A stretch of DNA of 64,000 nt. It comes from Acidobacteriota bacterium. GTDB lineage: Bacteria; Acidobacteriota; UBA6911; RPQK01; JAJDTT01. The notes beneath the pieces are model-generated. The model was not told the origin of the DNA. It did no database searches and worked only from the letters and a program-made list of their open reading frames with translations. Position numbers and translations under genes: made by a program. The stretch covers positions 1,344,001-1,408,000 of the forward strand of contig OZ253580.1 in NCBI GenBank assembly GCA_965263035.1. The letters are read 5' to 3'. Below are positions 40,613-50,782 of this stretch, in pieces (within the stretch, counting starts at the first letter, position 1; each line of letters opens with the position of its first letter).

Positions 40613-41875
40613 ATGTCCGCCACTCCTTCCCGCCGGCGCAATGGATTGCCGTTCCTCCCAGGCATCAGTCTCCTTTTCATGCTGGCGCTCTGTCTCACCG
40701 GGGTTCGGGCCGGGGACTGGCCCCAGTTCCTGGGACCTACGCGAGACGGCGTCTATGCCGGGGAGGATCTGGCTCGCAAGTGGCCCACCTCGGGACCACC
40801 CGTGCTCTGGAAACGGGCCGTTGGGCAAGGGTTCGCCAACCCCATCGTGGCGGGGGACACCCTGATCCTGTTTCACAGGGTCGACGACCGGGACGTGGTG
40901 GACGCCCTGGGAGCGGACGACGGCCGGGAGCTGTGGACCTTCTCCTATCCCACCGACTACCGGGATGACTTCGGCTTCGACGAGGGACCCCGTGCCAGTC
41001 CGGCGGCGGCCGGGGACCGGGTCTACACCTTCGGCGCTCAGGGAATCCTCCAATGCCTGGGCCTGGGTTCGGGCAGCCGGATCTGGCAGGTGGACACCCG
41101 GTCCCAATTCCGACCGCGCAAGGGCTTCTTCGGCGCGGCCTGCTCCCCGCTGGTCCGGGACGGCGCCGTCTACGTCCATGTGGGAGCCAAGGGCGCGGGC
41201 GTCGTGGCGTTCGACGCCGACACGGGACGCACCCTCTGGAAGGCCACCGACGACGAGGCGGGCTACTCTTCGCCCGTTCACGCCTCCATCGGGGGCAAGC
41301 CGCGGATCGTCTCCTTCACCCGAAACGGTGTCGTCTCCATCGACCCAACGACGGGACGAGTCGGTTTCCGAGTACGCTGGCGGTCACGAAACCGCGCTTC
41401 GGTCAACGCGGCAACTCCCCTCATCGTAGGTGACCAGATCTTCGTGTCCGCCAGCTACAGCACCGGCGCGCTGCTGCTGGATGTCTCCGGAGACTCGCCC
41501 GAAGAGATCTGGACTTCGAACGACGCCCTCAGCAACCACTACGCCACCAGCGTCTACCGGGACGGCTATCTCTACGGCTTTCACGGCCGCCAGGAATACG
41601 GTCCCAGCCTGCGTTGCGTCGAGTGGCGGACCGGAAGGGTCGAGTGGAATCAGGACGGGCTGCGCGCCGGGACCGTCACCCTGGCCGGGGACCGGATTCT
41701 GATCCTGACCGAGCCGGGAGAGTTGATCCTGGCCGCGGCCGATCCCGAGGGGTTTCAGGTGATCTCGCGCGCCCAGGTTCTGGAGGGCACGGTGCGGGCC
41801 TATCCGGCTCTGGCCCGGGGCCGCCTCTATGCCCGGAACGGGACGGCTCTGGTCTGCATCGACTTGAGAAAATGA
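40613..41875 (+). CDS. PQQ-binding-like beta-propeller protein, exported
   Basis: DWPQFLGPTRDG, LWK/LWT blades, GPRASP, CSPLV, GYSSP, GRLYARN. Confidence 0.85.
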   Translation: MSATPSRRRNGLPFLPGISLLFMLALCLTGVRAGDWPQFLGPTRDGVYAGEDLARKWPTSGPPVLWKRAVGQGFANPIVAGDTLILFHRVDDRDVVDALGADDGRELWTFSYPTDYRDDFGFDEGPRASPAAAGDRVYTFGAQGILQCLGLGSGSRIWQVDTRSQFRPRKGFFGAACSPLVRDGAVYVHVGAKGAGVVAFDADTGRTLWKATDDEAGYSSPVHASIGGKPRIVSFTRNGVVSIDPTTGRVGFRVRWRSRNRASVNAATPLIVGDQIFVSASYSTGALLLDVSGDSPEEIWTSNDALSNHYATSVYRDGYLYGFHGRQEYGPSLRCVEWRTGRVEWNQDGLRAGTVTLAGDRILILTEPGELILAAADPEGFQVISRAQVLEGTVRAYPALARGRLYARNGTALVCIDLRK

Positions 41876-41962
41876 AACGAACCACCGTCGGCGGCTGGTA
41901 TGCGGGCGGCGGAAAGAGTAGCCTGAGGACAACCGCTTTTGATTCAAACGGAGGATAAAACC

Positions 41963-43288
41963 ATGGTGAAACCGATCGAGCGAAGAAGTTTTCTGAAGAG
42001 TTCCGCCGGTGTGGTGGCTACGGCCGCCGTGACCAGCGGTTCCGCCGCGAGTCTCCTGTCCCGGGCCGATGCCAACGACACCATCCGGGCGGGGGTGGTC
42101 GGACTCCGAGGCCGGGGAAAGTCTCACCTCAAGGGTTTCTCCGGATTGCCCAAGGTGGAAGTCGTGGCGTTGTGCGACGTGGACGAGAGCATCATGGCCG
42201 AGCGCGCCTCCGACCTGGAGAAGCTGACGGGACGGAAGGCCCGGACCTACACCGACATGCGCCGGTTGCTGGAGGCCAAGGACATCGACGTGGTGGGATT
42301 CGCCACGCCCAACCACTGGCACGCGCTGGGCGGGATCTGGGCCTGCCAGGCGGGCAAGGACGTGTACGTGGAAAAGCCCTGCTCCCACAACATCTTCGAA
42401 GGCCGGAAGCTGGTGGAAGCGGCCCGCCGCTACGGCCGCATCGTCCAGCACGGCACCCAGTCCCGGTCCAGCGTCGGCGTTCGCGATGGAATTCAGAAGC
42501 TCCGGGAAGGCGTGATCGGGGATGTCTACATGGCCAAGGGACTTTGCTACAAGTGGAGAAAAACCATCGGCCACACCCCGGAAGAGCCGGCTCCCAACGG
42601 AGTCCACTACGATCTTTGGCTGGGGCCCGCTCCCCAGCGTCCCTACAGCCGCAACCGGTTCCACTACAACTGGCACTGGCACTGGGACTACGGCAACGGG
42701 GACATCGGGAACCAGGGAGTGCACGAGATGGACATGGCCCGTTGGGGACTGGGAGTGGGACTGCCCACCAAGGTCCAATCCTCCGGCGGCCACTACATGT
42801 TCGACGACGACCAGGAGACCCCCAACTGCCAGTTGGCCACCTTCGAGTACCCGGACCAGAAGAAACAGTTGGTCTTCGAAGTGCGCCACTGGATCACCAA
42901 CCACGAAGCCGGCCTCGGCCAGGGGGAGTCCAACGAAGTGGGGGTCCTCTTTCTCGGCTCCGAGGGCTACATGGTCATGCAAGGCGGCAAGGGTTACAGG
43001 ACCTACCTGGGACGGAAACAGGAACCGGGCCCGACCCGCATGGAAACGGGCAACCACTTTGCCAACTTCATCCAGGCCGTCCGTTCCCGCCGGACGGAGG
43101 ATCTGAACGCCGAGATCGAAGAGGGCCACCTCTCTTCGGCGCTCTGTCACCTGGCGAACATGGCCTACCGCACCGGCCGGACGCTGAACTTCGATCCCGC
43201 GACCGAGACCGTCCGGGGCGACGGCGAGGCCAGCGCCCTGCTGACGCGCGGCTACCGGGCTCCCTTCGTGGTTCCCGAAGTGGTCTGA
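41963..43288 (+). CDS. Tat-exported Gfo/Idh/MocA oxidoreductase
   Basis: RRSFLK, GVVGLRGRG, ATPNHWH, DVYVEKP, QHGTQSRS, YDLWLGPAP. Confidence 0.92.
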   Translation: MVKPIERRSFLKSSAGVVATAAVTSGSAASLLSRADANDTIRAGVVGLRGRGKSHLKGFSGLPKVEVVALCDVDESIMAERASDLEKLTGRKARTYTDMRRLLEAKDIDVVGFATPNHWHALGGIWACQAGKDVYVEKPCSHNIFEGRKLVEAARRYGRIVQHGTQSRSSVGVRDGIQKLREGVIGDVYMAKGLCYKWRKTIGHTPEEPAPNGVHYDLWLGPAPQRPYSRNRFHYNWHWHWDYGNGDIGNQGVHEMDMARWGLGVGLPTKVQSSGGHYMFDDDQETPNCQLATFEYPDQKKQLVFEVRHWITNHEAGLGQGESNEVGVLFLGSEGYMVMQGGKGYRTYLGRKQEPGPTRMETGNHFANFIQAVRSRRTEDLNAEIEEGHLSSALCHLANMAYRTGRTLNFDPATETVRGDGEASALLTRGYRAPFVVPEVV

Positions 43289-44784
43289 GTCGACCAGATG
43301 GTGAGAGCTTCCGCCGGAGCCCACGCCGGCGGACGTAAAATCCGGCTGCACAAGTAGGCCGCCATGAGGCAGCTGCCTGCGGACACCGGTCCGTACAGGA
43401 GCCAGTGCACCTGAGTGTGGTTCTGCACGTAGTAGGACAGAGGCAGAACCACGGCCAAGGTCGCCGCCAACCAGCCTCGAAAGTGCCCCCGCCGGGTCAG
43501 TAGTCCCAGCAGGAACAGGGCCGTCACCGGCGCACCGACGTAGCCGGTGACCTGATGCACCGCCTTGATGATGCCTTCGACATTGGAAAACAGGAGTGCC
43601 GTCAGCGTGGCAACGGCGCCCAACCCCACCGTGATTCCCCGCGCCATCATCAGCGACTGCCGCTCCGTGAACCGGATTGAGGCCAGGGGTTTCACCAGGT
43701 CCACGACGATCACGGTGCTTATGGAGTGGATGCCCGAATCCAGCGTGGACATCGATGCCGCGAAGACGCCGGCGATCAGGAGCCCGGAGGCGCCCACCGG
43801 CAGGGCGTGGACGATATAGTAGGGCAGGATCCGGTCCCCCGCCACTCCTTCGGCAAGACGTTCCGGAAAACTCTGGAAATACGCGTATAGTCCGAGCCCG
43901 ATGAAGAAGAGGAGGCCGACCACCAGAAGCTGCAGGAACACGTCCAGGAACACGGCCTTGTACATCTGCCGAAGGTTTCTCACCGCCAGCAGGCGCTGAA
44001 TGGTGACCTGCGCGGTCCCGTACTGGCTGAAGACGACCACCAAGTTGCAGATGGCGACGGTGATCAAGTTGGCCTGATCAAACCGGAACCCGAACTCGAG
44101 GCGGGGAAGCTTGTCGGCCGCGAGGGCCATCTCCAGGATCTGACCCACGCCGCCGGGAAGGCTCGAACTCAGAGAGACCACCACGAGCAGGGCGCCCGAA
44201 CTCAGGACCAGGAACTGGATCACGTCGGTCCAGATGACTGCGGCCAATCCTCCCAGCGCCGTATAGAGGGTGGCCACCGCGCCCATGACCAGGATGGAGC
44301 CGACCAGGTCCATACCGGTGACGGTCGAGAGCGCCAGCGCGGGCGCATAGAGCGCCAGTCCCATCCAGCCCTGGATCTGAAGGATCGCGAACACCGAGGT
44401 GGCATAGCGGGCGGGCCGGCCGAAGCGCCGGTTGACGTACTCGTAAATCGAGGTGACGTCGAGCCGCCGGTAGATGGGGAAGAAGAGGAGGATGACCAAA
44501 GGGGCCGTCATCAGGAGGATGACCGGACCCAGCACAAAGGAGGCGTTTTCCTCGTAGGCCAACGCCGGAGCCCCCAGGTAGGAGAGGGCGCTCAGCAGGC
44601 TGGCGGACAGGCTCAGCGAGACTGCCAGCCATGGCATCCGCCCGCCGGCCAGAAAATAGGTGCGGGTGTCCTTCTGCCGTCCCGAAAGGACCACTGCCAG
44701 GAGGGTGACCAGCAGCAGGTAGGCCACCAGGACCGAAGTGTTGACGGCGCCGAAGGAAGGCTGTTCCACGCTGATCCGGGACAC
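43252..44784 (-). CDS. Sodium:solute symporter (SSS family)
   Basis: YFLAGGRMPW, SIYEY..RRFG, GGLAAVIWTD, QRLLA, AASMSTLDSGI; many TM helices. Confidence 0.92.
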   Translation of the reverse strand: MSRISVEQPSFGAVNTSVLVAYLLLVTLLAVVLSGRQKDTRTYFLAGGRMPWLAVSLSLSASLLSALSYLGAPALAYEENASFVLGPVILLMTAPLVILLFFPIYRRLDVTSIYEYVNRRFGRPARYATSVFAILQIQGWMGLALYAPALALSTVTGMDLVGSILVMGAVATLYTALGGLAAVIWTDVIQFLVLSSGALLVVVSLSSSLPGGVGQILEMALAADKLPRLEFGFRFDQANLITVAICNLVVVFSQYGTAQVTIQRLLAVRNLRQMYKAVFLDVFLQLLVVGLLFFIGLGLYAYFQSFPERLAEGVAGDRILPYYIVHALPVGASGLLIAGVFAASMSTLDSGIHSISTVIVVDLVKPLASIRFTERQSLMMARGITVGLGAVATLTALLFSNVEGIIKAVHQVTGYVGAPVTALFLLGLLTRRGHFRGWLAATLAVVLPLSYYVQNHTQVHWLLYGPVSAGSCLMAAYLCSRILRPPAWAPAEALTIWSTQTTSGTTKGAR

Positions 44785-44868
44785 TCCTTCCTTTGGGGTC
44801 CCCGTCCACGGACTGCTATACTGATTTGGCCTTAGAAACTCGTCTTCGAGTCCGCCGGACTCGGTTGT

Positions 44869-44944
44869 GGGCGGTTAGCTCAGCTGGGAGAGCGCCTCCC
44901 TTACAAGGAGGAGGTCGGCAGTTCGAACCTGCCACCGCCCACCA
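44869..44944 (+). tRNA. tRNA-Val (TAC)
   Basis: GGGCGGTTAGCTCAGCTGGGAGAGCGCCTCCCTTACAAGGAGGAGGTCGGCAGTTCGAACCTGCCACCGCCCACCA; anticodon arm CCTCC-CT-TAC-AA-GGAGG. Confidence 0.97.
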
Positions 44945-44957
44945 GATCCCGCCTCGC

Positions 44958-45782
44958 TCACGATTCTTCAGTCTTCCGGTTCAACTCTCTCGATCGGGCC
45001 GTCGCCGCTGCTACTGCGCTCATGAGCGCGGCGCGCAGGCCCCGATCTTCCAGCTCCCTCAATGCTGCCGCGGTGGTGCCGCCGGGCGTCGTCACCCGAT
45101 CCCGCAGCACCGCCGGATGGTCGCCGCTTTCCTGCACCTGCCTGGCCGCCCCCAGCACGGTCTGAGCGGCCAGCTTCATGGCCACGTCCCGGGGCAGCCC
45201 CATATGGACCCCGCCGTCGCAGAGGGCCTCGATGACGGTGTAGACGTAAGCCGGACCGCTGCCGCTGAGCCCGGTGACGGCGTCCAGGAGCTTCTCCTCC
45301 ACCCGGACCACTTCTCCCACCGCCCCGAAGAGGGACTCGGCCGCCTGGTAGTGCTCTTCCGTCGCCGGATCGCAGCCCGCGATAGCGCTGGCCGCGGCAT
45401 CCACGGTGGCCGCGATGTTGGGCATGACGCGGACCACCGGGTTGTTCTTTCCCAGAAGGTCCCGAATGCGGGTGCTCTCGACCCCGGCCAGGATGGAGAT
45501 GACGAGTTGACTGGGGCGCACGGAATCGCGAATGTCAGCGGCCACTTTGGGAAGGATCTGAGGCTTGACCGCAAGGATGATGACATCGGCTCCGGCAACA
45601 TGGGGACCCGGAGTGACGTCGACTTCCACGCCATGGCGGGACCGGAGTGTTTCCAGCAGGCCGGGCAGGATGTCGATCACGGTGATCTTCCCGGCCGGGG
45701 CCAGTCCGGACTGGATGATCCCCCGGAGCAGGGCCGATCCCATGTTTCCCCCACCGATCAGGAGAACGTTTTTTTCATTCAT
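44958..45782 (-). CDS. proC: Pyrroline-5-carboxylate reductase
   Basis: IGGGNMG, LAVKPQ, RVMPN, GLSGSGPAY, VTTPGGTT. Confidence 0.96.
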   Translation of the reverse strand: MNEKNVLLIGGGNMGSALLRGIIQSGLAPAGKITVIDILPGLLETLRSRHGVEVDVTPGPHVAGADVIILAVKPQILPKVAADIRDSVRPSQLVISILAGVESTRIRDLLGKNNPVVRVMPNIAATVDAAASAIAGCDPATEEHYQAAESLFGAVGEVVRVEEKLLDAVTGLSGSGPAYVYTVIEALCDGGVHMGLPRDVAMKLAAQTVLGAARQVQESGDHPAVLRDRVTTPGGTTAAALRELEDRGLRAALMSAVAAATARSRELNRKTEES

Positions 45783-46054
45783 GAGACTCCCTGAACCAAC
45801 AGTCGGACAAAGTTTAGCAGTCCATGGAAAACGCCGCCGCCGAGTTCGACCGAACGATCGTCAGCAAGCATCCTCATCTTCCTCCCAAAGCTCAGGTAAG
45901 ACCGGATCGGGACCGTCCGGGACGAGGGAGCATGCAGACGTGGGAAAGTTCGTCTTCGGAGGATATCATGGGCGTCTCATGGCGTATTCGGATCCTTGGA
46001 AGCGGTGCATCACGGCGGCATAGTAGACTGGGGCGAACAGGCGCGGAACGAGAT

Positions 46055-47119
46055 ATGGAGAATCGATACGAACGCTGGTCCAAGATCTCTCTGAGCGGAG
46101 AATTCTTCCCCCGGGAAGACGCGTTGGAGGTGCTGACCGATCCCACCGTCGACATCCTCCGCCTGGTGGCGGCCGCCGGCGACGTGCGGATGGCCCGCTT
46201 TGGGCGCAAGGTCAAGGTCCACCAGATCAACAACATCAAGAACGGGCTCTGCCCCGAGGACTGCGGCTACTGCGCCCAGTCCAAGATCTCGCAGACTCCC
46301 TTGCGCAAGTACGTCATGAAGGACGAGGAATCCATCGTGCAGGAGGCCCGGGAGGCCAAAGCCCAGGGAGTCTACCGTTATTGCATGGTGGCCAGCGGGC
46401 GCGGGCCCACACCCCACGAAGCGGCCAAACTGGCCCGGATCATCCGCCGCATCGACCAGGAGGTGGGGATCCGGACCTGCCTCTCGGCGGGTCTGGTGGA
46501 CTTGGAGAAGGCGAGCCTGTTCAAACGGGCCGGCCTGGACCGGCTCAATCACAATCTGAACACCAGCCGCCGCCACACCGGCAGGATCGTGGGCACGCAC
46601 ACCTACCAGGACCGGATCGCCACCCTGGAAGCGGCCACTCAAGCGGGACTGGAAAGCTGCAGCGGCATGATCACCGGAATGGGCGAGACGGACGAGGACA
46701 TCCTGGACGTGGCCTACGAGCTCCGCTCGCTGGAAGTCCCTTCCATCCCGGTCAACTTCCTCATCCCCATCGAGGGAAACCCGGTGTACGACTTCGACCA
46801 ACTGTCCCCGCTTCGCTGCCTTCGGATCCTCTGCGCCTTCCGATTCGTCAACCCGCGGGCGGAGATCCGGGTCGCCGCCGGGCGGGAAGGCCACCTCCGC
46901 CAACTGCAGGTCCTTTCCCTCTACCCGGCGAACTCCCTCTTTGTGGACGGTTACCTGGCCACACGCGGCGACCCCAAGCAGCCCGTGTACCGCATGATTC
47001 GGGACGCCGGTTTCGAGATCGAAGGGGAACCGCCCCCGGGCGCATCCCGGACCTCCGCTCAGAATTACGCCATTGACGACAATCCCAGCATCCTGAATCC
47101 CAAGACGGCACGGGTGTAG
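46055..47119 (+). CDS. bioB: Biotin synthase (radical SAM)
   Basis: CPEDCGYCAQS, YCMVASGRGP, NHNLNTS, CSGMITGMGE, IPVNFLIP, AAGRE, ANSLF..GYL. Confidence 0.95.
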   Translation: MENRYERWSKISLSGEFFPREDALEVLTDPTVDILRLVAAAGDVRMARFGRKVKVHQINNIKNGLCPEDCGYCAQSKISQTPLRKYVMKDEESIVQEAREAKAQGVYRYCMVASGRGPTPHEAAKLARIIRRIDQEVGIRTCLSAGLVDLEKASLFKRAGLDRLNHNLNTSRRHTGRIVGTHTYQDRIATLEAATQAGLESCSGMITGMGETDEDILDVAYELRSLEVPSIPVNFLIPIEGNPVYDFDQLSPLRCLRILCAFRFVNPRAEIRVAAGREGHLRQLQVLSLYPANSLFVDGYLATRGDPKQPVYRMIRDAGFEIEGEPPPGASRTSAQNYAIDDNPSILNPKTARV

Positions 47120-47126
47120 GGGCAGG

Positions 47127-48083
47127 ATGAAGAGGCAGGAACCAGGAATGAGTTCCCGACCCGGCCCGCCATCACTCGAGAGGGGCATCATCTCCGTCAT
47201 CCAGACTCCCTTCGATTCCCAGGGCGCCGTAGACCGGCCCTCTCTGGACAATCTGGTGGAGGACGCCATCGCAGGAGGCGTGAACGGCTTCATGGTTCCG
47301 GCGGTGGCCAGCGAGGTCGCCTGCCTCACCCCCGAAGAGCGCTCCGGCATCGTCCGCCGTGTCACCGAGATCGTGGCCGGGCGTGTCCCCATCATCGTGG
47401 GAGCCTCCGAAACCCGGCCTCGCCTCTGCATCGAGCAGGCCCATCTGGCCCGGGAGGTCGGGGCCGCCGCTTACATGGTGGCGGTGCCCACCGAGCTGTA
47501 CCGCGATCCGGAACAGGTGGAACCGTTCTTTCGGGAGGTGGTCGAGGGCGCCGGGGATTTCCCCCTGATGCTGCAGGACCTCGATTTCACCGGCACGGGT
47601 CTGGAACCCGAGACGATCCGCCGGCTCACCCAGGTGCTCCCCAGCCTGTCCTCGCTCAAGATCGAGTCGAATCCGGCCGGACCCAAGTACACGGCCATCC
47701 GGGAGATCTGCGGCGACGAAATGTTCCTCGCCGGAGGATGGGCCATCGGCCAGATGATCGAGGCGCTGGATCGTGGAGTGGACGCCATGATTCCCGAATG
47801 CTCCATGGTGCGGGTCTGGTCAGCTGTCGACCGCTGTTACCGCAATGGACATCGGCAGCAAGCGATCCGAATCTTCAATCGTGTCCAGCCCGTCGTGGGT
47901 TTTACCCACCAGGACCTGTTGGTGGCCATCGCTTTCGGAAAGCGGCTGCTGGTGCGAAAAGGCATCTTCGCCACCGACCGCATGCGGTTCGGCGATTTCC
48001 GGTGGGACCGGTACAACGGCCGTGTCGCCGACGAGCTCATCGACTACTACCTGGAGTTGGAGGCATCCGTTTCCTCTGCCTGA
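47127..48083 (+). CDS. Dihydrodipicolinate synthase / class I aldolase family protein
   Basis: QTPFD..GAVD, ASEVACLT.EER, GRVPIIVG, Schiff-base Lys in LKIES. Start may be 47148. Confidence 0.85.
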   Translation: MKRQEPGMSSRPGPPSLERGIISVIQTPFDSQGAVDRPSLDNLVEDAIAGGVNGFMVPAVASEVACLTPEERSGIVRRVTEIVAGRVPIIVGASETRPRLCIEQAHLAREVGAAAYMVAVPTELYRDPEQVEPFFREVVEGAGDFPLMLQDLDFTGTGLEPETIRRLTQVLPSLSSLKIESNPAGPKYTAIREICGDEMFLAGGWAIGQMIEALDRGVDAMIPECSMVRVWSAVDRCYRNGHRQQAIRIFNRVQPVVGFTHQDLLVAIAFGKRLLVRKGIFATDRMRFGDFRWDRYNGRVADELIDYYLELEASVSSA

Positions 48084-48103
48084 GACCAGGAATGGAGAGT
48101 TTC

Positions 48104-50548
48104 ATGAATGGATCCGGGACGGCGCGTGGCCTGGACCGGTGGGTTCCAGCAGCCCGTGGTGAAAGTCGTCACAGCATTCGACCGTCCCTGCATCCCGGAG
48201 GACTGCTAGTTCCGCTCGCTTTCCTTCTGGCCTTCGCCGGGCTCAGTGCCAGCCCTGTAAAGGCATCCACTCCCGCGCCGGCAGGCGCCCCGAGCTGCGC
48301 CATCGTTGTAGGATCCCAGGCGCCGGAATTGGAGCGCTACGCCGCCCGCGAGCTTCGCCGCTACCTGAGCGATCTGTACGGCATCCAGGCGGACCCTCTC
48401 ACCACGATTTCCCCTCAGGCCGACGTCAACCTGATCCTGGGCAGCCCGGGGACCAACCGATCCGTCTCCCTGGTGATGGGCGAGCAGGGCTGGCCTCAGG
48501 TCAGCGATCAGGGATTGGTCCTGAAGACCGTCACCTGGAACGGCAAGCCGGCGGTGGTTGTGGGGGGAGGCAGCCCGGCGGCCACTCTCTGGGCCGTCTA
48601 CGACTTGCTGGAGAACCTGGGCGTGCGGTTTCTCCTGGAAAAGGACGTGCTTCCCGCGCAGCCGGCCCAGTTCCCCCCCCAGGGCCTGGACAAGGTCCGG
48701 GAGCCACGCTTTCGTTTCCGCTCCTACCGGGCCATCAACAACCTGGCCACGTCGCTCATCTTCTACGGAATGGACGACTACCGGCATCTCATCGATCAGT
48801 TGGCCAAGTTGAAGTTCAACGTCCTGTACTGTCAGATCTATCCCCATCAGCCCTTCGTCCATTTTCAATTCCGGGACCAGCCCAAGACGACCGGTGTGTT
48901 CCACTACGGTTGGAAGGTGCCGATCCATGGAGAGACCATCGGGCGCGAACTCTTCGGCGGCCGTACTGAACTCGTGAACCCGGACCTGGCCGGAGCCGAG
49001 ACCTACGAGGAACGGGTTCGCGCGGCCCAGAAGCTGCTGCACGGCCTGCTGGCCTACGCCAAGAGCCGGGGGATGCTGACCGGCATCAACTTCCGGATCA
49101 ACCAGTTCACCAACGAATTCAACTGGCGGCTTCCCGAATGGTCCGACCGTGAATACGTCCCCAGAGAGCTGATGAAGGGCACGCACAACGGCCGGCTGGG
49201 CATCTCCGAGTACGGCGTGGATCCCACGGCCTTCCCCTACATGACCCCGGACAACCCGGTGGTCACCGGCCTGAACAAGGCCATCATCCGGGCTCACATC
49301 AACACCTATCCGGAGGCGGACTTCTACGGCCTGACCCAGCCCGAGAATCCGGGAGGCGGCGAGTATTACAAGGCCATGTGGGAGCGGCTGGACCGCAAAT
49401 ACAAACTGGAGCCCCGATTCAGTCTGGAACGGATGGAGGAGTCGGCCCGAACCAACACCCTGCCGGTGGGCGTCCGCAGCCCAGGCCGGCCCCTGTATGA
49501 ACTCAAGGGGGCCATCGCCAACGCCGACACTCTGGACAAGCTTCTCAACGAGGAGCGGATCCTGGAAGGGACCGCCAATCCGGACGCCACCGTCGTGGTC
49601 GCCACCTTCAGCGACGAGTTCTACCCGGTCATGCTCAAGATCTTCCCGGAACGTTCACTGCTTCTGGTCCGGATGGACTACCTGACCTCGCTGGCGGCCC
49701 GCCGCACGGAGATGCTGTCCTTTGCCAGCGAGCATCCGGGGCAGGTGGCCACTCTGGCGACTCTGGCGGACGACAACGTGGGCATCCTGCCCCAGCTCCC
49801 CACGCAGCCGCTGCACCGCATTCTGCAGGCCATGGAACGGTACGGCGTGCACGGCTTCTTCGGCCGGCAGTTCCTGGTGACCAAGCTGGAAGCGGGAACG
49901 GCCTATCTGGCCCAGGCCTCCTGGTCCTCGGAGGTGACTCCCGAATCGGTCTATCGGGACCAGGTGGAACAGGTCTGCGGCTCCGAAGCCGTCCCCGAGA
50001 TGATGGAGTTCTACCGAACCTTGGAAAGGGCCACGGCCCGGGGGGACGAGATCGCCATGGGGTTCCTCTTTCCGGTCACCCGGATGATGCGCAAGCACTG
50101 GCACAGCCTGCAGGGTCCGGTCCCGGAATGGAACGAACTGAAGGCCTTCTACGTGGAGGCCGTCCCCCTGCTGGAGTCCGCGCTGGAGAAGACGCGGCCC
50201 GAGGGACGGAGCTACCTGGAGCAGCTCCTGGGGCAGGTCCGTTTCGGCGTCGACTACATTGAAGCCGTGCAGACGGTTCGCCGGGCCCGGGTCGAATACG
50301 ATCTCTCCCAGCAGGCTTTCGTCGGGAAAGACGCCCGCAGTTTCGAGAAGCGGATCAGGGGAGCTCACCGGAGTCTTGAGAAGGCGGTGGAGCTTCTGGG
50401 CTCGGGGATCCAGTCCTGGGCCGGCGCCGTCCGCGATCCTTCCGATCTGGGGGCCCTGGGCGTCCTCAATTACTTCTGCCGCGACTACCTCAAGGGAGTC
50501 GCCCTGGACGTCTACCTGGAAGCGGAAAACTGGAGAATGCAGTTCTGA
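48104..50548 (+). CDS. Large exported protein with a GH20/GH67-type N-terminal domain; putative glycoside hydrolase
   Basis: Signal peptide; ERYAARELRRYL, GGGSPAATLWAVYDLLENLGVRF, PRFRFR, IDQLAKLKFN. Confidence 0.65.
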   Translation: MNGSGTARGLDRWVPAARGESRHSIRPSLHPGGLLVPLAFLLAFAGLSASPVKASTPAPAGAPSCAIVVGSQAPELERYAARELRRYLSDLYGIQADPLTTISPQADVNLILGSPGTNRSVSLVMGEQGWPQVSDQGLVLKTVTWNGKPAVVVGGGSPAATLWAVYDLLENLGVRFLLEKDVLPAQPAQFPPQGLDKVREPRFRFRSYRAINNLATSLIFYGMDDYRHLIDQLAKLKFNVLYCQIYPHQPFVHFQFRDQPKTTGVFHYGWKVPIHGETIGRELFGGRTELVNPDLAGAETYEERVRAAQKLLHGLLAYAKSRGMLTGINFRINQFTNEFNWRLPEWSDREYVPRELMKGTHNGRLGISEYGVDPTAFPYMTPDNPVVTGLNKAIIRAHINTYPEADFYGLTQPENPGGGEYYKAMWERLDRKYKLEPRFSLERMEESARTNTLPVGVRSPGRPLYELKGAIANADTLDKLLNEERILEGTANPDATVVVATFSDEFYPVMLKIFPERSLLLVRMDYLTSLAARRTEMLSFASEHPGQVATLATLADDNVGILPQLPTQPLHRILQAMERYGVHGFFGRQFLVTKLEAGTAYLAQASWSSEVTPESVYRDQVEQVCGSEAVPEMMEFYRTLERATARGDEIAMGFLFPVTRMMRKHWHSLQGPVPEWNELKAFYVEAVPLLESALEKTRPEGRSYLEQLLGQVRFGVDYIEAVQTVRRARVEYDLSQQAFVGKDARSFEKRIRGAHRSLEKAVELLGSGIQSWAGAVRDPSDLGALGVLNYFCRDYLKGVALDVYLEAENWRMQF

Positions 50549-50620
50549 GGAATAGAGGAAAGCAGGAAAGAGAAAAGCTCCCCCACCGGCCCGGTCCGGC
50601 GGACGCCCGGTAGAAAAAGG

Positions 50621-50694
50621 GTAGGAGCGCCGGTTTCCAACCGCCGAACTCCGGTGGAGCATGGAGGAATGGGCGACTGGAAGTCGCCCCTCCT
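50621..50694. repeat. GTAG-type REP doublet (REPIN-like)
   Basis: GTAGGAGCGCCGGTTTCCAACCGCCG and an inverted related copy GGGCGACTGGAAGTCGCCCCTCCT, 24 bp apart. Confidence 0.6.
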
Positions 50695-50782
50695 TGTTTC
50701 TTAGAAGAGTGAAGAATGGCGGGTCGTTGACGCGTAGCGGGCCGCGGGCCGGTGGGGAAATTTCTAACGGGATAACGAATCA

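Noticed and set aside
37150-43288. 3' overlaps of convergent genes (37150-37193 and 43252-43288)
   Set aside because: Short tail-to-tail overlaps are common in GC-rich genomes.
45824-46054. Long N-terminal extension or riboswitch before bioB
   Set aside because: RBS-like context and homology begin at 46055; no recognisable riboswitch or BirA operator.
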